Assembly (NCBI GenBank): GCA_023920165.1
Contig: CP089278.1
Span: 2,294,001-2,358,000, forward strand
Direction of reading: 5' to 3'
Origin: Curvularia clavata
Taxonomy: Eukaryota
Length of the DNA stretch: 64,000 nt
The first letter of the stretch is position 1; the number at the start of each line of letters is the position of its first letter. A program made the translations under genes and the position numbers. Under the pieces are notes generated by a model, which searched no databases, was not told the origin of the DNA, and saw only the letters and a program-made list of their open reading frames with translations. Positions 24,701-35,684 of the stretch are shown here, piece by piece.

Positions 24701-27700
24701 TTGTACGAGGCCATGGATCCTTTTCTATTTGATGAGGCAGGTGAGCCAACAGTCAGTCCGCCTGACGCCTGGCTAGGACGACGATTCTGAAAATCCTCGA
24801 GCTTGCCTAGTTCCTCGTAACTTCGGGCACCTCTTAAGCCCGGCGTGGCTATAGGTGGCCCATCTGTTTGAGCCTGCTCACCATTGGCCACTTGAGGGGG
24901 CGCCGCACCTGGCTTGGGGAACGCGTCAAGAACATTTGAGGATACATTGAGCGTTTCCAATCGACGTGCGTACCACAGCTCCTGGGGGAGTACACTGAGG
25001 TTGTTCTCTCGCACGTCCAGGTAACGAAGTTCGACGAGTCGCCCAATTTCTGCAGGCAACACGTCTAGGGAATTTCGAGCAATACTCAAGTGTTCCAGTC
25101 TGTACAGCTTTCCAATATTTTTCGATATCGACGTGAAGTGGTTCTTGTCAAGAATCAACTTGGTGAGACCCGTGAGTTTGGAGAAGAGATCTTCGGGTAG
25201 CTGGGCCAGTTTTGCTGATGCAAGGTTGAGCGCAGACAATGATGGCGTCGGCTGTGTGAGGCCAAACCGTGTCACAGGGTTGTGGTTCATATGCAGCACC
25301 CGGATCTTTGGAAAGTAGCCCTCGAACGCTGAAATCGAGTTGTGTCCGATCATAAGGTATTCCAACCGCGGCAGCTGGGACATGACGTCCATGCTATCAA
25401 GTGCATTGAACCGTACGTCAATCTCCCGAAGATTGACTAGGTTGCTGAGCGTTGGCGGAAAGCTACCAGTTAGCTTGTTGTTCGTTGCCCAAAGTCTCTC
25501 CAAACAGGTCAATTGGCCTATCTTGGGTAGGCTGGATATTGAGTTGAAACTGATATCGAGGTCGACAAGGGTGCGGACTTCACACAAAAAGTCGGGGAAT
25601 TCGTTCAACGAGTTTGAGCTGAGGTTTAGACTGCGAAGTGCCCGGTATTGTCCAAAATAAGGTGGCAGTCGCGTAAGTCCGTTATTTGAAAGTCGAAGGC
25701 CTTGCAAGCTTTGCAGCTTGTACAGCTCAGCTCGGTCGAGCGACTGCAATCGGTTGTTCGAGATGTCCAACATTGTCAAGCGGCTGGCAAGGCTAAGACT
25801 AGGGGGTAACCGTCTGGCATCGTTGCTGGTATACTTGATCTCTCTCAGGTTGGTGCAAGCAAGTATAAAATCTCTGGGAACATCTAGTGATAAGTTGCGA
25901 GAGAGGTTGAGCGATATTATCTCGGTCGCCTTCTGGTACAGGGTGATAGGAATGGTGATCAGATTGCGACCTTGAAGATCGATATGACTGAATTTTTGCA
26001 TCTTGCTGAACCCAGGATCCCGCTCCAGACTCGAATATCCGCTCATCTTGGCAGGGAGGAAAGTAAATCTGCAGAGATAGCTATTGTCTTCGCGGCCGAC
26101 ATCTTCCAGACGGTCTTTATCTGTGTATCCGGCCATCTCCAGAAGTCGCTTCTGTATGAGCAGTGGACGCTCACTGCTATCGAGTTGCCGCGAGGTGTCA
26201 TGCTTGCGCATCACGATGTGGTAATTGTCCAGTTCATCCTGCAGCACTGTCTTTTTCCCCAGAATCTGAATGATTTCTGCCACGGTAGTGTTCAGGGTAG
26301 CCGAGAGTGTTGCAAAAGTCGAATCAACCCTGAATATGCGCAAACAATATGTCTTGTTGTCGTGCTCTTCCTTTGAAGGCGTGGGGACGTCCTCAACGTC
26401 AGCCGGCTTCTCCACTTCGTCCTTTGTACGCTTCACAGCCCAAGAATCTGGTGCATCCCAAGCAGCAGTGCCATCGTCCTCTGGCGGGACCGCAACATCT
26501 TCGCGAATGGCCGGTTGTTTTTGCAACTCTCCAACTGGCGGCGTCATCGGGGGTTGCTGCTGTAGATTGACAATGCCCTCCATGTCATCCAAATTTCTGT
26601 CCAAGAAGAAGACGGCATCGTTGCCTGCGGTACTGGCAATGTTGTCGTTGGGATCCCGGCCAGTTGGTTCGTTTGCTGGTGCGCGCTTGTCTTTCCTAAA
26701 GGTAGGTAAACGGTGGTGAGGGGCCTTACCCCTATGCTCCTTGATTGACTTGTCGTCAGCGGCATTGTTATTGGCCTGGCGTTTGGCCATGTTCATCTGT
26801 GGAGCGGGTTCCGGCCGTGTAAGTCGAGAAGAGGCAATGGATGGGTTCAAGGAGGTGGCCGAAGCAGTCCCGGAGGCGGTAAGATTCTTGAGGTTGTCCG
26901 ACTGTACGGTTCGATCCGATTTGTCCTTGCCCCGCAGACGTGCAAAGAATCCATGGGCTGGCTTGCTAGCACTTGGTGACCGTTGGGCCAACTTGTCATC
27001 TCGAGTCATATCCGAGTATGAGCTTGGTGTAGGGCTGGATGGACGGCCTAGAAGACTCGACTTGGAGGCGAAGGCTGCGCCAAGGGCCGAGGGCTGATTT
27101 GAACGGGCACTCTGTGTTGAATCTTCACGGCTGGTGGTAGGCCGCAGAGCGTAGGACTGGGGGTTGTCAGCTCGTCCGTCCGGGGCCTTGTTATCTTCCT
27201 TGCTGCCTTTGTGTCGGTGACTGGTTGTGCCCGGCAGCCTTACGTGAAGCTTATGATGCGATCGACCGGACTTGGCTGAATGTTGCTCGGACGAACGGCG
27301 TCCGCCATTCTCAGACAAGCCAGCCATGTCCTGTTAGGAGTTAGCGATGCATGGGTAGCTTGAGAGGCTCGTGTTGAGACTCACCTTTGCGTCTTGAAAC
27401 TCCCATGGGGTGACTTCAGAGGAGGCCTGCGGGGTGCGAGGTCGCGAACTGGTAGGCGAGGTTGGGCGGGAGTGGTGGTTGCTGCCAATGGTGTTGTTGA
27501 GGGAGTTGCCACGATTGCGCTGTACGCGGGGAGGCTGCGAGTCGGCCACAAGGGGCATGTTCAAGCTGGTGTCCGAGTTCTGGCGTCCATCAGCAGGAAA
27601 GTCCTCGCCAAATACATTCTGGAGTCTTTTGTGGAATCCCCTGCCAATACTCGACTTGGATCCGGTGCTACTAACAGTGGTGGCGCTGGCTACCGAAGGC

Positions 27701-28367
27701 CGTCGGTCGTCCTTGAATGGGAAGCCCATGCTATCCTCGCGGCTGCCGGTGCCTGGACGAAAGCCCGGCGAGGGCTGTGAGATGTCTTCATTCGAATCGT
27801 TGAAAAAGCTGCTCCATACGCCGTTGGCCATGTTGTTGTTGTTGGTGCCGTTTGGGGCGGAGGACCAGGGCGTAGCTTGGGTAGCGCTCGAAGCCGTCGG
27901 GGGGTTTCGTGATATGGAGGGCACTCGTCCTCCAGAGGTCTCTAGCACAGCCAGCTGTTTCCGGTGTTCGCCAAACGGGCTCATAGCGGGGCCCTCCCTA
28001 TGGGACGGCTTCCATGGTCGGTGCGAGGGGTCTTTGGGCGGAGGGGCTGGAGGGACGGTGCCGGGGGAGATGTCGTTTTCCCTCTCAGCACTAATCAGAG
28101 GGGCGTGTCAGCAGAGGGGGGAGCTGCAGAGTGGCGATGGGCGGCGGGCAGTGAGACTGGGATAGCGGATGCGAGACATGGATGGAGTCTGTGCATAGCA
28201 TGGAAGGAGATCACGTACCTGGAATTGAGGTTCTTGTCGGTCTTGACGGTGACGGGGGTGCCCCTCAGCGAACCGGCGCGTCCATAGGGGCGTATTGTGT
28301 CGCCGGAGCGCGAGCTCCAGGAGCTCTCTACCGAAGCATGGCGGCCGACCGTCTCATTCCTCGTCAT
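21769..28367 (-). CDS. CYR1: Fungal adenylate cyclase (Ras-association, LRR, PP2C-like and class III cyclase domains), 4 exons (28367-28219, 28090-27385, 27330-21994, 21936-21769)
   Basis: RA region (YCLRIFRVDSTFATLS), long LRR array, PP2C-like (ISNVGDAQALL, VSRAFG) and cyclase motifs (LVFTDIKNST, YEVKTEGDAFM, RMGIHWG, DYFGPMVNRASR). The N-terminus MTRNET is joined in frame through introns 28091-28218 and 27331-27384; a third intron lies at 21937-21993. Confidence 0.97.
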
Positions 28368-28599
28368 GGTCACGGCGGGGTGTTGTGCAGCAGGATCGGG
28401 GTTGCGACAACGAGCCCGCGCGGGCGCAGCGACGGTTGGGGGCGGGGGTATTGGAAGGAGACTGCTTGCGCAGAGGTGCCTAGGACGGCTGCTTCATCGA
28501 GGCGGGACAGCAGCTGGAGGTGTGGACATGGGCGGCGGCGGCAGAAGCGCAGCGGCAGCAGAGGCGGAGAGCGAGGCGGACAGGGCACGGCAAGGCAGA

Positions 28600-29300
28600 G
28601 CAAGGCGAGGCGAGGCGAGGCGAGGCGAAGCGACGAGGGCGAAGAGCGACGACGGGCAGAGGCTCAGCGGACAATGGGGATGGGGTCGGCGAAGGATGGC
28701 GGGTGTAGAGCACGCCTATGTGTGGGAGAGTGTGCGAGGACGTGTGCGTCTGTGTATGTGTGCGTCTGTGTATGTGTGCGTCTGTGTATGTGTGCGTGCG
28801 TGCGTGCGTACGTGCGTGCACTGCGAGTGTTGTGTGTGTGTGTGTGGGCGGGAGAGAGTGAGGGGGAAAGCAAGGGGACGGCGGGCGGAGTGGAGCTGGG
28901 CGAGTGTCGCGATTGATTCACGGCGAAGGCGGGCGCAGCGGCGAGGGGCCTGGCGAGGATGCAGGCGGCGAGGACGTCTATCTGGAGAGGGAGGGTTGGT
29001 GGTGGTGGTGGTGGTAGTAGTGTTGGTGGATATGGTGGATGCAGATGCAGATGCGGATGCAGACTGATGGGGCACTGAGCACTGCGCACTGGGCATCCGG
29101 CACGGGCACGAGCATGGGCATGGGCGTGGGCGTGGGCGGCTCCACTCGGTAGTGTGAAGAATGTCTGGAGAGCGCCTGTTGTCGCTCTCCTCCACACTGC
29201 GCCGCTCTGCCTAGCTGCCCGTCCGTCCGCCCGCCCGTCGTCGCCCTCGTGCAATCCCCTGCGACGCGCCACTGCGACTGCGACTGCGACTGCGACGCGA
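28600..29300. repeat. Microsatellite-dense tract upstream of adenylate cyclase
   Basis: (GAGGC)n about 28603-28627, (GGT)n about 28997-29015, (GATGCA)n about 29038-29061, (GGGCRY)n about 29100-29136, (CTGCGA)n about 29272-29295. Confidence 0.85.
28742..28797. repeat. 16-bp tandem repeat (GTGTGCGTCTGTGTAT) x3.5
   Basis: Three exact copies plus a partial copy, followed by (GCGT)n and (GT)n. Confidence 0.9.
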
Positions 29301-30170
29301 CACTGCCCAAAGACACGGCTCGAGTCGTCGACGACCAAGCCATGTGTCGTCTTGATACATGGCCGCCGCCTAAACAACCACTGTCTTAGCCGTCGCACGG
29401 CGCTGCACTGCACTGCGCACCCTCGCACCGTAGCGCCCTCGCCCATCCCCCCGCTTTTCGCAGCCACGTCCGCTCGACCAGACCATCTCACGCCCACAGG
29501 CACTGGCCTGGACAAGCCATGCCTCCCCCAGCCTACACCACATGGCATGACAGTTGCATTGCTGCTCTCTCCAGCAATCCCCTCGTAGCAATCCTCGAGC
29601 CTATTCTCCGACGTCTGCCGTCTGCTAAACGCCCCGGGCCCGTTATCACCGCGCCCTCGGCATCGCTTCCAATCGTTTCACCACGCCCACCACCACCCCC
29701 TCCCCACGACTGCTTGCTTCCTATCCTCTGCATGCACAATGTCTCGTCTCGCCTCGCCTCTTCATCCCACTCCTGCGTCACGTGTTACAACCGCTGAAGC
29801 ATTCCGCCCCAGCTATGGGCAATCATTAATCCTCTACCTCCTAGTCTCTCTCTCTTGACCTTCCTTCCCACTAGCATTCCATGGCTCCTACAAACACATA
29901 TTAATGCTTGTACACGTATGCTTGGCCGCTGCCTTGCCGTCCGCTGACATCACACCAGCTCACGCTTGCAGCGCCATGCCGCGCCATGCCTCCCATGTGT
30001 GCGTACTAAAATGTATCAATTCTACAAGACGCCTTCCCCATTAGAAAGAAAAAAAGAAAAAAAAAGCATGCTCCTTGCCCATGCCCAGATAATGATTCCA
30101 TAAATCCCACGGCCCAAATTACCGAAATCACTCTCACACTCATCCTGTCTCTGCCACCTCGTCACCCACC

Positions 30171-32798
30171 CTATTGCGGCGCCCCTCCGCCCTGCAGTGC
30201 CCGTAAGATGTCTTGGAGCGACTGCGCGCTCGCCTGCACGTTTCCTGGTTGCTGGCCATTCGCTGCTGGCCCTGGGTTCTGCCCATATGGCTGATATGGA
30301 TACGAGTACTGCCCTGGTGCTGCTCCTGGTGCTGGTGGCTGTACCGGTGGCGGTGCAGAGGCCTGTGCTGCCATCTGGGGTTGCGGCGGTTGCTGCCCAC
30401 TCATTGCACCCACAACCTGGAACCACTGTGCCCACGCCGCCCAATTCGCCGCCTGATTCTGCTGTGGTTGTGCCTGTCCTGCTGCTTGCGGTTGCGGACT
30501 GTAAGATGGTTGAGGAGCATACGGTGCAGCCACGGGCGGAGGAGGCGGCGGTGCCGAAGCATATGGAATGGCGGGTTGTGCTGGAGTCGAAAATGGCACT
30601 GGCCAACCGGCGCTGCTGTTGTTTGCGTAGGCGTTGGGATTCGAAGGTCCAGAAGGTGCTGGGGAAGCGTTTTGCTGTTTCTGAGACTGCTGTTGTTGCT
30701 GCTGCTGCTGTTGTTGTTGCAGGCGTTCTCGCTCCCTCTTCTCACGCTGACGCTGCTTGCGGTTCTTATTCTTTCCACCGCCACCTCCTGATGGTGATTG
30801 CTGGGAACCTTGTTGCTGAGGGTGCTGCTGGTTGCGATCTTGTTGCTGGCGCGCCGGAGATGCTGAAGTAGCAGACCGGTTGTCCTGGTACCTCTGCTGG
30901 TTGTTCTGGGCAAACTGCTCCTGTTGCCTACCACGGTCAGGCTGGTTTTTGCCGGCGCGTCCACCCTTCTCATTGCCTCCTTTGTTGCCTTGATTATTGC
31001 CTTGGGCCCCACGGTTGCCCTGTTGTGCTCCACGATCACCACGACCTCCTCCGAAATCACCACGTCCACCATTGCCGCCACCACCACCAAAGCCTCCTCT
31101 GTCAGCACGTCCACCACCAAAATCGCCCCGTCCGCCGCCGCCACCACCACCTCCTCCTCCTCGGCCACGAAAGCCACGGCCTCGGTCGCCCCATGGACCC
31201 CTCGCGCGACCCATCCCGCGTCGTACATGGCTACGGTCTTCAAGTGGCGCGCCTTGGCCTACAATCTGCTCAAAATGATCGGGTCGAGCAAGCGGCTTGT
31301 ACATGCCCAGGTCCTCATCTTCGTCGTCACTGTATTTGAGTCCACCACCTTGATACTCCATAGGTCGGTAGATAGGGGGTGCGGGAGCATCGACATGTAG
31401 TCTCGGACCAGTAGGTATATTTACAGGTGCTTGCTCCTCGTTGCTGTCAGCCCTGGAGCGTTTCTTGGCCTTTTGTTCACGCTTGTATTCGGCCTCCTTC
31501 TCGTCGTCTGAAAACTCGACCTCGTTGGTCTCTTCGTCGTGGAGGTTCGAGGCATCGGTATGCTTCTGTCGTCGAATGGGCTCGGTCTCGGTGAAGGTCG
31601 AGTGCTCGTCGACATAGTAGATAGGAGTGTCTTTTTCGATACCTAGAGTCGCAAGTTCAGCTGTATCGTTAAAGCCAAATGAGTAGCGAGGCTCCTCAAC
31701 ACGGCCAATCTGCTCCGACACTTTGCCGACAACAGTGCGATCCTGCAAACAGAGCGCAGAGCCAGACTCAAGCACCTGCTCGTCTCCAGACATCTTGGCC
31801 TTCACGACGACTAGATTGCCAACAATTGATTCAACTTTGCCGAGTTCTGTAATCTTGGTGTTCTCTGTGAGGGTAATGTCGGGCTTCTCAAACTTTTCGT
31901 CCATTTCATTGAGCGTCTTGACCTTTACGGGGCCCGAGGCGCCTGCATCGTCTGCAACTTCAGCCATGAGGAGGCGCACCTGCTCCTCGGGATCAAGAAG
32001 CTCACCCTCATCTGAGCTGTCATCAGAGCTGGAATCTGAGGAAGAGTCCGAGTCCGAGTCTGAAGCATCCGAGTCTAGCTGCCATTCAGCATTCGCGTCG
32101 CCCCTGTTTGCTTCAGCCGCGCGAAGAAACTCGGCCTTGCTATCGAATGCAGCGCCTGCAGGAGAGCCATCATTTGGGGAGGCACCGTCAGCCTCGTTTT
32201 GTTGATCTATGGCGGCAGTAAGTGCTGCGTCGAGCTCGCCGTCGGTGTCAGCGGCAGGGGTGTCAGCAGTAGTAGCAGCAGCAGCAGCAGCAGCAGCATC
32301 TTGGGTAGACGTCGAGTTGACGACAGGCACCTCAGCAGGCGACGGCTTGCCATGCTGTGGAGCATCATGTTGGGCCTGCGCTTGATTGGCTGCAGGCGGC
32401 TCGACTGGGATGCCCGCCTGCGCGTTCGCGTTGGCATCATCGTAGAAGGCCTCCCCATCCGAAAACTCGCCATCTTCGGGTGCCTCATCTTGGGCTACTG
32501 CGCCATGGTGCTGTTGCGGCTGTGCAGCCGCGGTCTCGCTCGTAGAGCCGAGTCCTGGAAGGTGGAGGGCTGGCGCGGGTGCCGCCGCTGCAAACAACGA
32601 CGATGTCGTGCCGTCCACAGCGGCCGGCAGCGCAGAGGGTTTGACTGGCGTGTTGTCGTAGAAATCGTCGTCCATGTCATCGACAGGCGAGCCAGGCGCG
32701 TCCAGCGCAGAAGCAGATGGTGCTGGAGTGCCATACTGTGTGGGAGCGTCCGCCTCCAACCGCGCCCTTTTGGCCGGCGGTTCCAGAGAGTCGGACAT
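30171..32798 (-). CDS. NAF1: H/ACA snoRNP assembly factor Naf1 (Gar1/Naf1 domain), intronless
   Basis: Acidic Ser-rich tract, then a Gar1/Naf1-like domain (LGKVESIVGNLVVVK...VLESGSAL...IGRVEEPRYS), TDASNLHDEE..EFSDDEKEAEYKR, RGG repeats and a Gln/Pro-rich tail. Confidence 0.9.
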   Translation of the reverse strand: MSDSLEPPAKRARLEADAPTQYGTPAPSASALDAPGSPVDDMDDDFYDNTPVKPSALPAAVDGTTSSLFAAAAPAPALHLPGLGSTSETAAAQPQQHHGAVAQDEAPEDGEFSDGEAFYDDANANAQAGIPVEPPAANQAQAQHDAPQHGKPSPAEVPVVNSTSTQDAAAAAAAATTADTPAADTDGELDAALTAAIDQQNEADGASPNDGSPAGAAFDSKAEFLRAAEANRGDANAEWQLDSDASDSDSDSSSDSSSDDSSDEGELLDPEEQVRLLMAEVADDAGASGPVKVKTLNEMDEKFEKPDITLTENTKITELGKVESIVGNLVVVKAKMSGDEQVLESGSALCLQDRTVVGKVSEQIGRVEEPRYSFGFNDTAELATLGIEKDTPIYYVDEHSTFTETEPIRRQKHTDASNLHDEETNEVEFSDDEKEAEYKREQKAKKRSRADSNEEQAPVNIPTGPRLHVDAPAPPIYRPMEYQGGGLKYSDDEDEDLGMYKPLARPDHFEQIVGQGAPLEDRSHVRRGMGRARGPWGDRGRGFRGRGGGGGGGGGGRGDFGGGRADRGGFGGGGGNGGRGDFGGGRGDRGAQQGNRGAQGNNQGNKGGNEKGGRAGKNQPDRGRQQEQFAQNNQQRYQDNRSATSASPARQQQDRNQQHPQQQGSQQSPSGGGGGKNKNRKQRQREKRERERLQQQQQQQQQQQSQKQQNASPAPSGPSNPNAYANNSSAGWPVPFSTPAQPAIPYASAPPPPPPVAAPYAPQPSYSPQPQAAGQAQPQQNQAANWAAWAQWFQVVGAMSGQQPPQPQMAAQASAPPPVQPPAPGAAPGQYSYPYQPYGQNPGPAANGQQPGNVQASAQSLQDILRALQGGGAPQ

Positions 32799-33124
32799 GT
32801 TCGTGTCTCGTTCTCTCTGCAGTCTTCTCTGATGCGCGCGTAATCGCTGCGGAATATCAACTGCGTTGTCTGCACCCGATTGCTTTTAATGCGTGCGGTG
32901 ATTGTTCTGGGACAGGAGACAAGTCCAGGGAGAACGTCGCCTTTTTCGACGCGCGCTAGCATGCTTGGCGGACGGGCGCGAGCTCAGCCCTATGACGCGG
33001 GCGAAAGCGGAACGGGCGATCGCGTTCATGCACCCTTCTCGACATCTTCCCGTTTACCCATTGGTGCCGTGCCTGTTTGCCTTTGAGACACGACGGGAGT
33101 AATCGTTGCCATTGACACACCGCC
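32799..33124. promoter_or_regulatory. Putative bidirectional promoter, NAF1 / ALG9
   Basis: 326 bp between divergent ATGs; rich in CGCG. Confidence 0.65.
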
Positions 33125-35140
33125 ATGTCTGCCCCTCGCCCCAAGGCCGCTCCTCGCGCGGCCAGGTAGGTCCAGGCCCTCCCTTGTGCTCAGGAGAGAC
33201 ACCCTTTCCATGCTGACACGTCCCCAGCGGTCCAGCCACAAGACCGCCCTCACTCACGGCTTTTGGTGCTTTCATTGTCTTCTCTGTGGCCAATCTTGTC
33301 GCTGCTGCATTCTCGCCCATTCAAGACTGTGATGAGGTCTTCAACTACTGGGAGCCCAGCCACTACCTTAACCATGGCTACGGCCTCCAGACCTGGGAAT
33401 ACTCTCCTGAGTATGCTATCCGGAGCTGGACTTATACCGGCATCCATTCGCTCATCATCTGGGCGGGAATGCGGCCCCTACAGCTGCTTGGCCTGCACGA
33501 ATCCAAGGTTGTTGAGTTCTACTTTCTGCGAGTTATCCTCGCCCTCTTCTGCGCTCTGTGCCAGGCTCGCATGTACTCGGCTATTCGCAAAACATTCCAA
33601 GAACGCATAGCCATCTTCTTCATGATCATCATGGTCATCAGTCCCGGCATGTACCATGCTGCTCCTGCCTATCTTCCATCCAGTTTTGCCATGTACTTTG
33701 CAATGCTGGGCTTCGCGTCATTTATGGACTGGTATGGCGGCGCCATCAGAACGGCTCAGGGAATCATATGGTTTGCCATCGGCAGTGCTCTCGGATGGCC
33801 CTTTGCCGGCGCCCTTGCTCTGCCATTTATCCTCGAAGATGCCATTGTAGGCCTCCTCACAGGTACGATCCTGCAAAGTTTGCGACGTTTGATCCTGCAA
33901 GGCGGAATGAGCGCCCTGGCCATTCTCCTCGTGCAAGCGGGTATCGACTCGTTCTTCTACAGAGAACCAGTATGTGTACCATTGAACATTGTACTCTACA
34001 ATGTCTTTAGTGGTGGCAGCAAAGGACCAGACATTTACGGAGTGGAACCATGGCATTTCTATGTACGCAATCTGGCCCTGAACTTCAACATCTGGTTTTT
34101 CCTTGCTCTGGCTGCCCTGCCACTACTTCTTATCCAGTACCTTGTGTTCGACAAAGCCGTCTCCCAGCACACACTGAGGAGATCTGTGGTTTTCGTCAGC
34201 CCGTTCTATCTGTGGCTAGCGATATTCACGGTCCAGCCTCACAAAGAAGAGCGATTCATGTACCCAGCGTACCCGGCTCTGGCCTGGAATGCCGCATTTT
34301 CATTGCATATATGCTTGGCCAACTTTGGCTCCATGGACCCACGCCACCTGGTCAGTCGTATTCCTCCCATGGTGAAGCTTGCGATTGTCTGCATCCCGCT
34401 GCTTCTATCATTCAACTTGGGCATGCTCCGCACCATCGGTACGTTTTTTTTTTCAACTCTCCGACTCCTTCTCAATTAGAGACGGGCTTATTCGCCATCC
34501 TACGACGTCGTTGTTGATTAATGATACATTACTAATAATTTTCCTGTTCAGGACACATCACAGCTTACTCAGCGCCATTGAACGTATACAAGCCGCTGTT
34601 CGACCCCAAGTTTGCTCGCATGGAAGGTATGCCAGAAGATATGGTCTGTTTGGGCAAGGAGTGGTATCGCTTTCCATCGTCCTTCCATCTGCCTCAAGGT
34701 GTTCGTGCCAAATTCATCAAGAGCGAGTTTTCTGGTCTTCTTCCTGGCGAGTTCAGTGAGGGCGAAATGGGATCAGAACTGTTCCCGGGCACTTGGATGA
34801 TACCAATGGGAATGAACGATGAGAACCGGGAGGATCCAGGGAAATACGTGAGTAGTGGCTGAGCTTGAGCCCAGTTGACCTGTTAACCAGGACCCAGGTT
34901 GATATCCGGCACTGCGATTTTCTTGTTGATTCTCGGCTTCCTGGAATGCCACCAACTAAGCTTGAGCCCGACTACATCTCCGATACGGACCATTGGAAGA
35001 TTTTGAAGTGCCTTCCATTCCTTGATGCAAGCCAAACATCTTTTGCCAGCCGGACGCTCTGGGTTCCAGATCTGCCCTTCATTCCGGCCAAGTTCCAGCG
35101 CCAATGGGGCGAATATTGTCTGTTGCAACGCAAAAAGTAA
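33125..35140 (+). CDS. ALG9: Dol-P-Man alpha-1,2-mannosyltransferase (GT22), 4 exons (33125-33165, 33228-34438, 34552-34847, 34898-35140)
   Basis: Motifs IQDCDEVFNYWEPSHY, QTWEYSPEYAIRSW, QPHKEERFMYPAYP, CLGKEWYRFPSSF, GMNDENREDP; multiple TM helices; three in-frame introns. Confidence 0.95.
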
Positions 35141-35684
35141 ACGCATACAGATCGTGCCAAGAATCGCGGACATGTGGGGAAATCCCGATACTCTGGAACC
35201 GTTGGATACTCTGAAGGAAGATTAAGGCAGGCTACCTGGAAAGGGAGTACGACAACACGGCATGGACCTCGGGACTGTCCGCGTGCACGATAATGAGTGT
35301 CCAGAGGCCTATGGATGCTACAATGAGTCCTTGATCGCCTTTGCCGTGCATGACAAGCCGCCACACTAACCAAGTAGGGTATTGCTTTCCCCGCCCTGGC
35401 GTGTAGATAAACGGCTTCTGACGACATTGGAGTAGACAACCCCACATTGAGATATGTCTTATCTCAGCAGACCTGTATCTACATGCATTAGATGGAATGG
35501 AAATGACAAAAAGGAAGTTGAACAACACGCCGTGCATAATTTCTTGGCTGTGAACCTCTGACTTGTCTTTGTCCGCATTGTCTTTATCTGTGCTAATTCA
35601 CCTTATTCAAGACCTGCTAACACTGCATCTTTGATTTCAGCATTCTGTTTGAATCTGAATTACCTTTCCCCCGACCGCCCCAAG

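Noticed and set aside
28742..28797. Direct repeats as a possible CRISPR-like array
   Set aside because: Head-to-tail minisatellite with no spacers, in a eukaryotic context.
28182..29548. Several 240-294 aa ORFs on both strands
   Set aside because: They are open only because of simple repeats; the translations are dipeptide or homopolymer runs.
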